Positions 39,825-48,853 of a stretch of 64,000 nt of DNA are shown here, in pieces. Numbering within the stretch: the stretch's first letter is position 1; the number at the start of each line of letters is the position of its first letter. The stretch lies in the IMG/VR virus record IMGVR_UViG_3300025141_016386, positions 4,075-68,074 of that record; one strand, given 5' to 3'. The stretch comes from a virus. The position numbers and the translations under genes were made by a program. The notes beneath the pieces are model-generated. The model saw only the letters and a program-made list of their open reading frames with translations, did not search any database and was not told the origin of the DNA.

Positions 39825-40859
39825 TTATATGAATGTTAATTGGGCGTGGTTTGTTGCTGATGTATGCATGGCCTTCAATACCACCAAGGCGTCTAGCGCG
39901 TCTTGGCCGGTGGATAAGACCTGATTTTCGGTGCCGTTCAAAATTTTAGCTAAATGGGCAGCACCATTGAGCATATAATTGTTGTTTGTGTTTGAGTACA
40001 AATTTAAAATATCACTACACGCTTCTGTTTCCCTTGTAAATTTAGATGACCCTTTAAAATAATTATTTTTCTCTCTACTCTCGACCTCTAGAAAAGGTTG
40101 GTCATTGAAAAGAGCCGCAGCATTAATATGAAATCTAAATTTATCAGTAGTGATATCTAGGTCGAAAATCCCCGGAAGTGCGTGGCCATAAATGGAGGCC
40201 CTCATTGGCTTCTCAAATTGTATAAAAGCATCCAAATTTGGATCTTCTTTTGTTGCATTTGTATTGAAGCTGAAGTGTGCAGAAACTGATTTTATTTTTC
40301 CAAAATATAACCTAAGTAAATCTACTAAGTGTGTTCCGCTGTTATAGATTCCTCCCGAATATCCGGCAGATGCAGCCACAACTTTTCCATATTTTCCCTG
40401 CTGCAAGGATTCCGCGAAAAGACGATGAAATTCTGAAAACCTCCTCATATGATTTACCATCAATATTGTTCCGGATTTTTCACACATTTTTATTGTTTTT
40501 TTTGCGACAGAAACCGAAGTATTGATGGGCTTCTCACAATATATAGCTTGAACCCCAAAACGCACACATTCCCTAATTATTTCATGATGAGATTCCGGGC
40601 CAGTACAAACAGACACCACATCCGGAGTATGTCTTTCTAACATTTTTTTATAATCAGTTTCCGGAATTGTTGAATATTTCTTTGCATATTTATTAGCTTT
40701 TGACTCATCGATGTCGCACAAAGAGACCAAATTATAGTATGGGGATCTATAATATGTTCCGGCGTGAGTATATATTAAATTACCTCGTCGTGAAATATTA
40801 TCATCGAATTCGCACCCAATTCGGCCGCATCCGATTACTGCTGCTCGATATTTTTTCAC
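39825..40859 (-). CDS. Gfo/Idh/MocA-family NAD(P) oxidoreductase
   Basis: VIGCGRIG, YCEKP, VNHMRRF, NSGTHLVD. Confidence 0.9.
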   Translation of the reverse strand: MKKYRAAVIGCGRIGCEFDDNISRRGNLIYTHAGTYYRSPYYNLVSLCDIDESKANKYAKKYSTIPETDYKKMLERHTPDVVSVCTGPESHHEIIRECVRFGVQAIYCEKPINTSVSVAKKTIKMCEKSGTILMVNHMRRFSEFHRLFAESLQQGKYGKVVAASAGYSGGIYNSGTHLVDLLRLYFGKIKSVSAHFSFNTNATKEDPNLDAFIQFEKPMRASIYGHALPGIFDLDITTDKFRFHINAAALFNDQPFLEVESREKNNYFKGSSKFTRETEACSDILNLYSNTNNNYMLNGAAHLAKILNGTENQVLSTGQDALDALVVLKAMHTSATNHAQLTFI

Positions 40860-41386
40860 TGTGTGCCTCTCAATAATACAGCCATTCGGATTGAATTATA
40901 ATACCTACCATTGCGATAGAGATCATCTTTTAAAATTCCCTCCACTTTATATCCGGCCTTTTTGTAGGCTCTTACGGCGCCTGCATTTTCCTCAGTCACT
41001 CCCAAAAAAATTCTATTCATATTTAATCTATCAAATCCATAGTCGGTAACTAGCTTAGTGGTTTCTGTTCCCAAACCCTTTCCTCGACCTTCTCCCAGCA
41101 AAATTCTAAATTCTGCTTTGCGGGCCGTTGGATTAATATCATAAAGGCCGGCCATTCCAATAGGCAACTGCGTCTGAAGATCCTCCACTATGAACACAAC
41201 ATTTGAAGAATTTTCGAATTGTTCTCTATAGATTGATGTAGAGGCACTTAGTGAAGTTGGGCGTTGGCCCGTGAACATATAAAATGTTGTTTTTTCATCG
41301 TTAACCCATCGGTTGATTTCTTTAAAATCCTCGTCTTTATATGGTCTTAGACCAATTTTTTCGCCTTTTAAAAAATATTCTGTCAT
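40856..41386 (-). CDS. GNAT N-acyltransferase (RimJ/RimL, PseH-like)
   Basis: GRGKGLGT, NAGAVRAYKKAGYKVEG. Confidence 0.85.
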   Translation of the reverse strand: MTEYFLKGEKIGLRPYKDEDFKEINRWVNDEKTTFYMFTGQRPTSLSASTSIYREQFENSSNVVFIVEDLQTQLPIGMAGLYDINPTARKAEFRILLGEGRGKGLGTETTKLVTDYGFDRLNMNRIFLGVTEENAGAVRAYKKAGYKVEGILKDDLYRNGRYYNSIRMAVLLRGTQ

Positions 41387-42087
41387 TATTTATTCTCCTC
41401 TAAAAATATCCTTTTATACATTACCTCTGCCACTTCAAACTGCCACAAATAATCAATGTCAAAACATTCCTCCTCTTTCATAATAAAAAATTCTGGGTCT
41501 GTTTTTGTTTGGAAAGTCCCATATAAAACATCTCTTTCTATGTCCTCCATAGACCCACCGTAAAGAGCGGCGGCCGCTTCATATACTGGCTCCAACTGCT
41601 TGGTATCGAACAAAAATTTTTCCTTATCTCCCAAATAATTATTCAACATTTTGTGGTTCACATCATAGAGAAAATGCTTTTTTTCAAATACCGAGAATAA
41701 ACCATTAGACTCGCTTGACATGAAATTATTTATAAATTCATTAATTGTCTCCACCCTCAACAGAGGGCAACAAGGACTCATGAGAATATAATAATCATAA
41801 TCTAAGTCGCAGTACCATCCAAAAATATCTTTAATTCCTGCGCCCTCCTGTACAGATTCTGGTGTACGGTGGTATATATTTATCTTATATTTGGTGGCAA
41901 TGTCAATCAGCTCCTTGTCGCAGATGGATAGGAATAAATTTTCTCTTGGAAAGTCCGATTGAAGCACCTTTCCGATGGCTTTTTCAATAAGACTGGAATC
42001 TGCGAATGGCCTTATCATCTTTTTATTCAATCGCGTGGAATTTACTCGGGCCTGTATTATAAAACAAACTCTCTTATTATCTTTCAT
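41386..42087 (-). CDS. acylneuraminate cytidylyltransferase (NeuA/PseF/SpsF family), copy 1
   Basis: QARVNSTRLNKKMIRPF, PCCPLL, CFDIDYLWQF. Confidence 0.85.
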   Translation of the reverse strand: MKDNKRVCFIIQARVNSTRLNKKMIRPFADSSLIEKAIGKVLQSDFPRENLFLSICDKELIDIATKYKINIYHRTPESVQEGAGIKDIFGWYCDLDYDYYILMSPCCPLLRVETINEFINNFMSSESNGLFSVFEKKHFLYDVNHKMLNNYLGDKEKFLFDTKQLEPVYEAAAALYGGSMEDIERDVLYGTFQTKTDPEFFIMKEEECFDIDYLWQFEVAEVMYKRIFLEENK

Positions 42088-42986
42088 TTACCCTCCTTTA
42101 AAATATCTGCAAAAGACTTATAAGGCACTACAGAATTTATAAGAGTATATTTGTCTTCTATAGTGCTGTAGATCTTCATGCCATGAATTTTAGTAGTGTC
42201 TATCCATTTTTTTACATAACCCAGAGCGACTTCTAGCTGAGGCTTCGAGTTCGCGGCGTGGCGGCCCGCAACATAACCATGTTGGCCGGTTTTTTTGCCC
42301 CAAGAAGCTGAGTCTATCCCATAGTCATAAAATCGCTTTCCGACAAAATCAAAACCCATAACATATAATTCTTTTGTTCCCAAAAATTGTGCTATTGGGA
42401 ATATGGAACTGCTAACTTTATTTTCTAACCCCCATTTGTATTTCATTCCGATGACAGTTTCTGAATCAAAAGCTGCTGTTCCAAAGATTAAATCACAGGA
42501 CTCTGAGAATCTACTTTCAAACCCGAGATCACAATAGTCAGGAGCCGGCTGGCTTTTAAAACTTGATAAAGCATCATTTTTAACTGTATTTGCATCGATA
42601 ATCCAAATATTAAATTTTTTTCTCTTTATTTCATTGATCAAATTTAAATATTGGGGCCATTTCTGACCCTTTAGGGCACTTGTTCCGGAAAATCTCCTGA
42701 ATGTTTGGTAAGTATCTGCCAAAAAATGAGGAATTATTATAAGCATTTTTTGGAATTTCTCGTAATCTGGATTTGTCGAATCTAAGTTTTTTAAAAATTC
42801 TAGACCCTCCAGCGCTGCGTTGGGGTCTGACCAAGTCCAAAAGGTGGGGACGATATTATAGAATTTATACCCCCACGGAAAAACCGATTGAAAAAAAATA
42901 GTTTCTAAATTTCTATTTTTTATTTCTTCGAGTGACTGCCTATAATTCAAGGTAGATTCGCCCGGCCCGAGGGCCCACAAATTCAT
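42084..42986 (-). CDS. Maf/DUF115-like putative nonulosonate transferase
   Basis: N-terminal ALGPGES and C-terminal IAQFLGTKELYVMGFDF..RFY match Maf/sialyltransferase-like motifs. Confidence 0.55.
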   Translation of the reverse strand: MNLWALGPGESTLNYRQSLEEIKNRNLETIFFQSVFPWGYKFYNIVPTFWTWSDPNAALEGLEFLKNLDSTNPDYEKFQKMLIIIPHFLADTYQTFRRFSGTSALKGQKWPQYLNLINEIKRKKFNIWIIDANTVKNDALSSFKSQPAPDYCDLGFESRFSESCDLIFGTAAFDSETVIGMKYKWGLENKVSSSIFPIAQFLGTKELYVMGFDFVGKRFYDYGIDSASWGKKTGQHGYVAGRHAANSKPQLEVALGYVKKWIDTTKIHGMKIYSTIEDKYTLINSVVPYKSFADILKEGK

Positions 42987-43186
42987 TCGGAACTTCCAGT
43001 TTTATCATTGTCGGCCAATTGTTCTAAGAGAATATTTATATCTCTATCGCATTTCTTTATTTTTTTAAAAATATTTCTAGCGCTGACCGGATCTAGTTCA
43101 AAGGCCAACCTAACTACGTCCATCCAATGAGTATTGTTAGATGTTCTTATTTTTTGAATCTCTCCAATGATTTCTTCATCGGTCAT
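42983..43186 (-). CDS. small hypothetical protein in the sugar cluster
   Basis: GGAGG SD; overlaps both neighbours. Confidence 0.6.
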   Translation of the reverse strand: MTDEEIIGEIQKIRTSNNTHWMDVVRLAFELDPVSARNIFKKIKKCDRDINILLEQLADNDKTGSSE

Positions 43187-43760
43187 TTTTTATCCTCCCC
43201 AAAACATCACCAATAGAAATGCTCCATTCAGTAATATTTAATTTTTCCATCAATTGTCTAGTTTGTTTCTTGCTATGATAAGAGCCTAAATTTGTGGACT
43301 GCTTCATACGCTTGTAATTATTATACATTATATTTTCCCAGTTGTCAATGAATAATTTCTCTATTTTATTCCGAAGTAAATTATAGGAATCTTGAAGTGT
43401 TTTTGTATTATCAAAAAACACTTCCTCTTGAAATAAAATATCTCCCGTATCTATTCCTTCGTCTAAAAAGTGGATAGTTACTCCCTTTTTAGTATTTGTC
43501 ACAACGGACCACAAATTAGGGCTAACGCCGCCATTCCAAGGGAGGAAAGAGATGTGCAAATTCAATATTCTATCTTTATATTCATCAACTATATTTTTTT
43601 TTATAATATGTTGATATCCATAACTAATAATCCATTCTGGCTCAAAATCTCTTATTTGTTCAAAAGTTAATTTGTCGCTCGTTATGCATAGATCATAATT
43701 TTTTGACTTATAAAAGTCAATTATTGAATTTTTTTGATATCCAAGAAATAATATTTTCAT
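43176..43760 (-). CDS. N10-formyl-THF-dependent sugar formyltransferase
   Basis: LNLHISFLPWN, GVTIHFLDEGIDTGDI. Confidence 0.9.
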   Translation of the reverse strand: MKILFLGYQKNSIIDFYKSKNYDLCITSDKLTFEQIRDFEPEWIISYGYQHIIKKNIVDEYKDRILNLHISFLPWNGGVSPNLWSVVTNTKKGVTIHFLDEGIDTGDILFQEEVFFDNTKTLQDSYNLLRNKIEKLFIDNWENIMYNNYKRMKQSTNLGSYHSKKQTRQLMEKLNITEWSISIGDVLGRIKNDR

Positions 43761-44161
43761 TTTTGATGGGCCCCTTTTTCGAGGATAAAAAATTCATACT
43801 CAAAAGAGCAGGATTCAAATAATGCCAAACTTGCTTTATTTGAATTTCTCACTGTCGCATATAATTTACGTCCTTTATATTTTTCAGTGACATATTGAAT
43901 CATAAATTTTCCAACGCCGGCGCGACGGAAGTCAGAGGAGACTGCTACGGAAATATATCCTCGCTTGTCAACCCCAACATAGCCGGCTGGTTTTTCGCGA
44001 ACTGTACAAATATAATATTGATCTCCGTAAGTTTCCATATAGGCCCTGTGTTCTTCTATCATGATTTCTTTAGAATTCATGGAGCTTTGTCTGGCTAAGG
44101 GATCATTGCGAAGAACTCGAATAAATTCCCAATATATCTCACTGTTGTCGATCATTTTCAT
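43757..44161 (-). CDS. GNAT N-acyltransferase (PseH-like)
   Basis: LRNDP..RQSS N-terminus, FRRAGVGK, NKASLALFE. Confidence 0.75.
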   Translation of the reverse strand: MKMIDNSEIYWEFIRVLRNDPLARQSSMNSKEIMIEEHRAYMETYGDQYYICTVREKPAGYVGVDKRGYISVAVSSDFRRAGVGKFMIQYVTEKYKGRKLYATVRNSNKASLALFESCSFEYEFFILEKGAHQK

Positions 44162-44165
44162 AATT

Positions 44166-45242
44166 TTAGCTCCTTGGCTGTAAGATATATCCAGATTTTA
44201 AAATCTCGTCTTTTTGCAAATCTTTCTTTGCAACCATCCCAAGCACCTCATAATAATTCAACGCTGGGATGGAATCTTCTAACAATGGACGTTTTGTTGT
44301 TATGTTGTTTTCAGTTAGAGTTTCTCCTTTCCTTATTTTATGTGAAGCCACTACTGATCTACGACCTTTACTAAATTCTTTTTCACTTTCTGTATAGACA
44401 CTCTCTTTAACGCCTAAACATTTCTCTGCTATTCTTATATTTGAAACCATTTGTTTTAATTCGTGCGGTTCGATTGCAAAAGGGTGATCTGGGCCCTCTA
44501 ATGCCCTGCTTAAAGTATAGTGTTTTTCAATTACTTTGGCGCCGAGGGCGACTGCAAGAGGTGGTATTAAAATCCCCTCGGTATGATCAGAGAGGCCGAT
44601 TTTTGTATTTCTAAGCCACTTGTGATTCTCGCTTAACCCCTTGAGGTATCGAAGATTCCCCAAATTTATATCCTCAAATGGAGTGGGATAGGCACTATTA
44701 CAGTGTAAGTAAGTTACATCCGGATTATCTGAAAAGTCAAATGTTCCCAGGTGTATTTTTGGATCGTTCATCACAGATGGGCCTAGAATCCATTCCTGTA
44801 TTTTTAGCATTGTATCGTAATTTGCACCAGACCCCATCGAAATAATTAGTGGAAGCCCCGTGGAGGCCACATGCTTCACCCACCTTGGATCGGTTGATTC
44901 AAAGCCAGCTATCTTGAATCTCTTTACTCCCAGTTCATAAAGCTCTTCGACAGCCTTCTCATCGAAAGGAGTTGACATAAATTCTATCCCCAAATCATCG
45001 CAATATAACTTTAAATCCTTCTGCCATGACCGAGGCAACTCAATGTCCTTGATGAGTTTTGTAATGTTTTTATAGCCAGCAAAATCAGGAGTATATCTAG
45101 AATATAATGTTTCGGAAGAATATGTTTGAAATTTTACTGCGTCGGCGCCTGATTCCGAAGCTTCTCTGATTAATTGAGTTGCTATGTCCCAGTCACGATT
45201 GTGATTTGCGCCAGCTTCGGCAATAATAAAAGTTTTTTTCAT
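44166..45242 (-). CDS. nonulosonic acid synthase (NeuB/PseI family) with a C-terminal SAF domain
   Basis: IIAEAGANHN, DAVKFQ, STPFD, LHCNSAYP, GLSDH, IEKH, GPDH, RRSVVA..KRP. Confidence 0.92.
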   Translation of the reverse strand: MKKTFIIAEAGANHNRDWDIATQLIREASESGADAVKFQTYSSETLYSRYTPDFAGYKNITKLIKDIELPRSWQKDLKLYCDDLGIEFMSTPFDEKAVEELYELGVKRFKIAGFESTDPRWVKHVASTGLPLIISMGSGANYDTMLKIQEWILGPSVMNDPKIHLGTFDFSDNPDVTYLHCNSAYPTPFEDINLGNLRYLKGLSENHKWLRNTKIGLSDHTEGILIPPLAVALGAKVIEKHYTLSRALEGPDHPFAIEPHELKQMVSNIRIAEKCLGVKESVYTESEKEFSKGRRSVVASHKIRKGETLTENNITTKRPLLEDSIPALNYYEVLGMVAKKDLQKDEILKSGYILQPRS

Positions 45243-45859
45243 GGCACAACAATTCTATAACACTGTCTTTGATATATACCAGAAGAACCCGGTACATTAA
45301 CAAAACACTCCCCCTCTACTTCCAAAGACGGGACGAAAGATTTCCAAATTGACAAAAATGGGGCGCGCCAATAAAAGTCTTTGGACCCTCGATAAGAACA
45401 AGAGATAGTTTCCGGGCTATAGTCTTCGATTCCTAAAATATATTTATTACTACATCTTATCATCTCTACCATAGCCGCAGGTAGACTGTTTTCTGGATTT
45501 TGGTGGATCAACACCCCCGAAGAGAATATAACGTCAAAAGAGCGATTCTTGAATGGCAGCTCCAACAGGGATCCAAGATGAAAATTTACATTTGGTAATC
45601 TTTTTTGAGCCTCTGCAAGGGCGGGGGCCCCGATGTCCAATCCAGACAGATTAGTGAATCCCAAGTTGTCGAGAATTTGTAAATTTATTCCACAATTGCA
45701 TCCAACCTCTAAAATAGAAATATCTCTATCGAAGGAGTCAAAAAGATCATAAAAAGCTTTCCTCTCCTCGTATCTCCCGTCTCCATCAAAATTTCTCCCA
45801 AGATAAGAGGTACCCTCCGTTCCAGCCCAGAATATCTCTTGTTTGGTCTTAGTTCGCAT
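45239..45859 (-). CDS. pseudaminic acid biosynthesis-associated SAM methyltransferase
   Basis: KTKQEIFWAG..YLGRN N-terminus, ILEVGCNCGINL, SGVLIH; start set by GAGGA SD. Confidence 0.75.
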   Translation of the reverse strand: MRTKTKQEIFWAGTEGTSYLGRNFDGDGRYEERKAFYDLFDSFDRDISILEVGCNCGINLQILDNLGFTNLSGLDIGAPALAEAQKRLPNVNFHLGSLLELPFKNRSFDVIFSSGVLIHQNPENSLPAAMVEMIRCSNKYILGIEDYSPETISCSYRGSKDFYWRAPFLSIWKSFVPSLEVEGECFVNVPGSSGIYQRQCYRIVVP

Positions 45860-46817
45860 CTTCAATTCCTCTCACGATTAAACAAACCAGATTATCAACA
45901 TCGATATCCAAATGAAGAGAAGAATTAAATTCTCTACCATCATATGATTCACTGTGTGTGTGTGTTTTATTTGTGTATTGTGGCAGAACCGCGAGCAAGC
46001 CACCATCCACCTCTCTCGTAAATGGAAGCTCTGTCGCGGCCAACATATCTTCGTGTAACTTTTCTCCGGGGCGCATGCCAATATTTTTAATTGTAATTTG
46101 ATCACTTTTGGTAATTTGTTTTACAGATTGAATAATAGTATTCATGGAGAATGATTTAATTTTTGGAATAAATACCTCACCTCCCTGCGCTTGATTTAGG
46201 GCGCTAAGGACAGTATCTACCGCATCCCCTAGAGTAAATAAAAATCTACTACACTCCTCCGAAGTGACTGTGATTTCCCCGCCTTTTTCAATTTGATCAA
46301 TCCACAGTGGGATAAATGAACCCCTAGAGGCGATCACATTGCCATACCTTACTGAGGCGAAGATGGTCGATTCGGAATTATAATCATAATTGGTGAACAT
46401 TCTCTCGGCGATGAATTTTGATGAACCATATACATTTACAGGCTGGCATGCCTTATCTGTGGAGATAAGCATACACTTTTTAACTGAATTTTCGAAAGAG
46501 GCTATGGCGACGTTTTCACTTCCGTAAACATTTGTTTTCATACACTCGTCTGGGTGAAATTCCATATCATCGACTCGCTTAAGTGCTGCTGCATGGATTA
46601 CATAATCTGGCTTATGAATTCTCATTGTAGTGTTGAGTTTTTTAAAATCTCTTACGTCTCCGATGACGCACTTTACTCTCTCTACATTTTTAAATATTTT
46701 AGCCTGCTTTCCCTCATCTCGACTATAGACAATTACAGTGCTGCTGGGGTCTTTTAGGATTTTTTTGATAAGAGCTTTTCCCAAAGAGCCAGTACCACCT
46801 GTTATGAAATATTTCAT
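45849..46817 (-). CDS. pseB: UDP-GlcNAc 4,6-dehydratase (PseB/FlaA1-like)
   Basis: ITGGTGSLG, YSRDE, HAAALK, STDKA..PVNVYGSSK, RYGNVIASRGS, RPGEKLHE. Confidence 0.85.
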   Translation of the reverse strand: MKYFITGGTGSLGKALIKKILKDPSSTVIVYSRDEGKQAKIFKNVERVKCVIGDVRDFKKLNTTMRIHKPDYVIHAAALKRVDDMEFHPDECMKTNVYGSENVAIASFENSVKKCMLISTDKACQPVNVYGSSKFIAERMFTNYDYNSESTIFASVRYGNVIASRGSFIPLWIDQIEKGGEITVTSEECSRFLFTLGDAVDTVLSALNQAQGGEVFIPKIKSFSMNTIIQSVKQITKSDQITIKNIGMRPGEKLHEDMLAATELPFTREVDGGLLAVLPQYTNKTHTHSESYDGREFNSSLHLDIDVDNLVCLIVRGIEDAN

Positions 46818-48853
46818 TTGATTTCTAACCTTTCTATTGAATCTGGGGCCGGATTGATGTTAGAGATTATTTTCAATGTTGTACCTTTCGAGTTCAACCA
46901 ATCTGCGAATGGGCCAATAGCATCGGAAGTGATTTTTGCCTCATGTTCCAGAGTTTTAACTGCTTCTTCATTTTCAGCCACCTCATTGTGGTGGATAAAA
47001 TCGTTCTTATTGTGAGAACTCCCCTCTTTGTCATAGAAATGTTGCTTGTCGGCGCCGTCTGGCAGCAAAGAGTTATCCCACCCAACTGTAATAATCTCTG
47101 AAACACCTAAGTGTTGTGCTAAATAGAACACGGATTCATACATAATTCCGGGGCCATATGGGCGCAGTACTGTTGAATTTTCATAAGTGCCAGCCTCTAG
47201 GTCTCCGGTTGCAGAGATCGATTTATTAAAATCCCTCTCTCTAATAAAAAACTTGAGATCGCACGGGCCAAGAGGGCGAGGAGTCGTAGATGCCTCAACC
47301 ACAATCGGATTGTTTGTTGAATAATCATAGTTCTTGAAGTTGGCACAATTGTAGGTATGAAAATCCACATGCTCTCCGAACAAATCAAATGCCTGCTTTA
47401 CAGAGATTACGAGATTATCTTTCAATAGGCTTTTTAGTTTTACCTCATCATGATCAGTCAGTGTTGGGCCGCAGGATAGAATATAACATTTCTTTCCCTT
47501 AAAGGAATCTTTTAGTAATTCAATCTTCTCTGTTTGAGAGTTAAGTTCGGTGATTGCCAATTTTAGGGAAGCTGCCCTTTCTTTAACATTCTCAATTTCT
47601 AAGATCGAATCCCTAACTTTCGATATATTTTCAACATTATTAATTCCCGGAAATACGCCCTCTACAAATTGAGAGTTTATCTTTTCTTCAGTGAAATTCT
47701 CGACGAGGTGTTTCTGCAACTTCTTTGCATTTCTCTTGAATCTGGAATATTCCTTACGAACTTCACGCAACCTCCGCTTAAAAGATCCCTCCCTTGGGAA
47801 AGCCCATTGAGAGTCTGCTTGAATAACGTTATTCCAAACTGCCTCTTTCTGAACATTTTGAAGGTCATATTCAACAGATGCGAACATTGGTTTCTTTTTC
47901 CCCGATTTTCTTCGAGCATCTGGCATATAAAGGAAATCACAGTGACCCGACCATCCGGAAACAACTACTGGCAATCCATTGTAGGCTGCCTCAAATAGTG
48001 GGAGGCCGTAGCCTTCTCCGTGTGCCGTGGAAACAAGTGCCTTAATTTTGGAATGCTGATATAGGCCGTTCATTTCTTCCGGAGTTAAATCTCCATGCAA
48101 AAGATATACCTTACACTTACAGTTGTCTCCTCCATATCTTTGAAGCAGAGATTTGAGCCTTGATCCGGTGTGCTCCCTGTCAATGATGCTATTATTTTTG
48201 ACAGAAGTCTTAAGGACAAGTCCAACTTCTTGATCAAAATTCTCTTCCAGGAACCACTTGACGAGGTTATCAAAGTTCTTTCTTGGGCCCCATTGGGAAA
48301 TTGCAAGGTAATTGAAGTCGTAATCGAGCTTTAAATTGAGTTTTTGTTTCTTGAAATTACGAACAGGATAATTGACTGCGATAATTGGTGTCTGACAGGT
48401 CAAATTAACAATCTGGCCTGTTTGATTATTTTGTCCCTGATAGGTTGTGTCTTCAAAAACATCCTTCGAGTGATTCGAGACGACGATGATCTTATCCATC
48501 TCGTTAGCTTTTTGAAGCCAAACCGGAGCTACCTTTGTCGTCTCGATCCCTGCGGTATACCCGACATTTACTGTGGCTAGTCGCTCCCACTCATTGGGGA
48601 TTGTTACCTGCAACGACATATCAAATTGGCCGCCCTGCTGGGTGAAGACATGTGTTTGCGCGATCCTTTGGTCCATCCATGTTCTTTCTTCGTTTGCATC
48701 ACTTACCCAGCCGGTCTGGCCCCACACCGTGGGAATAATATAAATGTCAAATATATCCTCCCTAGATTTTAATGCTCGAAGGGCAAATCTCGCCTGCTCT
48801 CCATATCCAGATTGCGAAAGAACTGGACCTCTTACTACTATTTTCTGCTTCAT
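46814..48853 (-). CDS. GT4 glycosyltransferase fused to a C-terminal Maf/DUF115-like domain
   Basis: GT-B motifs SGYG, PRKN, HGEGYGLPLFEA; C-terminal LKDSFKGKKCYILSCGPTL and YLAQHLGVSEIITVGWD..HFY; start MKQKIV (ATGA overlap). Confidence 0.8.
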   Translation of the reverse strand: MKQKIVVRGPVLSQSGYGEQARFALRALKSREDIFDIYIIPTVWGQTGWVSDANEERTWMDQRIAQTHVFTQQGGQFDMSLQVTIPNEWERLATVNVGYTAGIETTKVAPVWLQKANEMDKIIVVSNHSKDVFEDTTYQGQNNQTGQIVNLTCQTPIIAVNYPVRNFKKQKLNLKLDYDFNYLAISQWGPRKNFDNLVKWFLEENFDQEVGLVLKTSVKNNSIIDREHTGSRLKSLLQRYGGDNCKCKVYLLHGDLTPEEMNGLYQHSKIKALVSTAHGEGYGLPLFEAAYNGLPVVVSGWSGHCDFLYMPDARRKSGKKKPMFASVEYDLQNVQKEAVWNNVIQADSQWAFPREGSFKRRLREVRKEYSRFKRNAKKLQKHLVENFTEEKINSQFVEGVFPGINNVENISKVRDSILEIENVKERAASLKLAITELNSQTEKIELLKDSFKGKKCYILSCGPTLTDHDEVKLKSLLKDNLVISVKQAFDLFGEHVDFHTYNCANFKNYDYSTNNPIVVEASTTPRPLGPCDLKFFIRERDFNKSISATGDLEAGTYENSTVLRPYGPGIMYESVFYLAQHLGVSEIITVGWDNSLLPDGADKQHFYDKEGSSHNKNDFIHHNEVAENEEAVKTLEHEAKITSDAIGPFADWLNSKGTTLKIISNINPAPDSIERLEIK

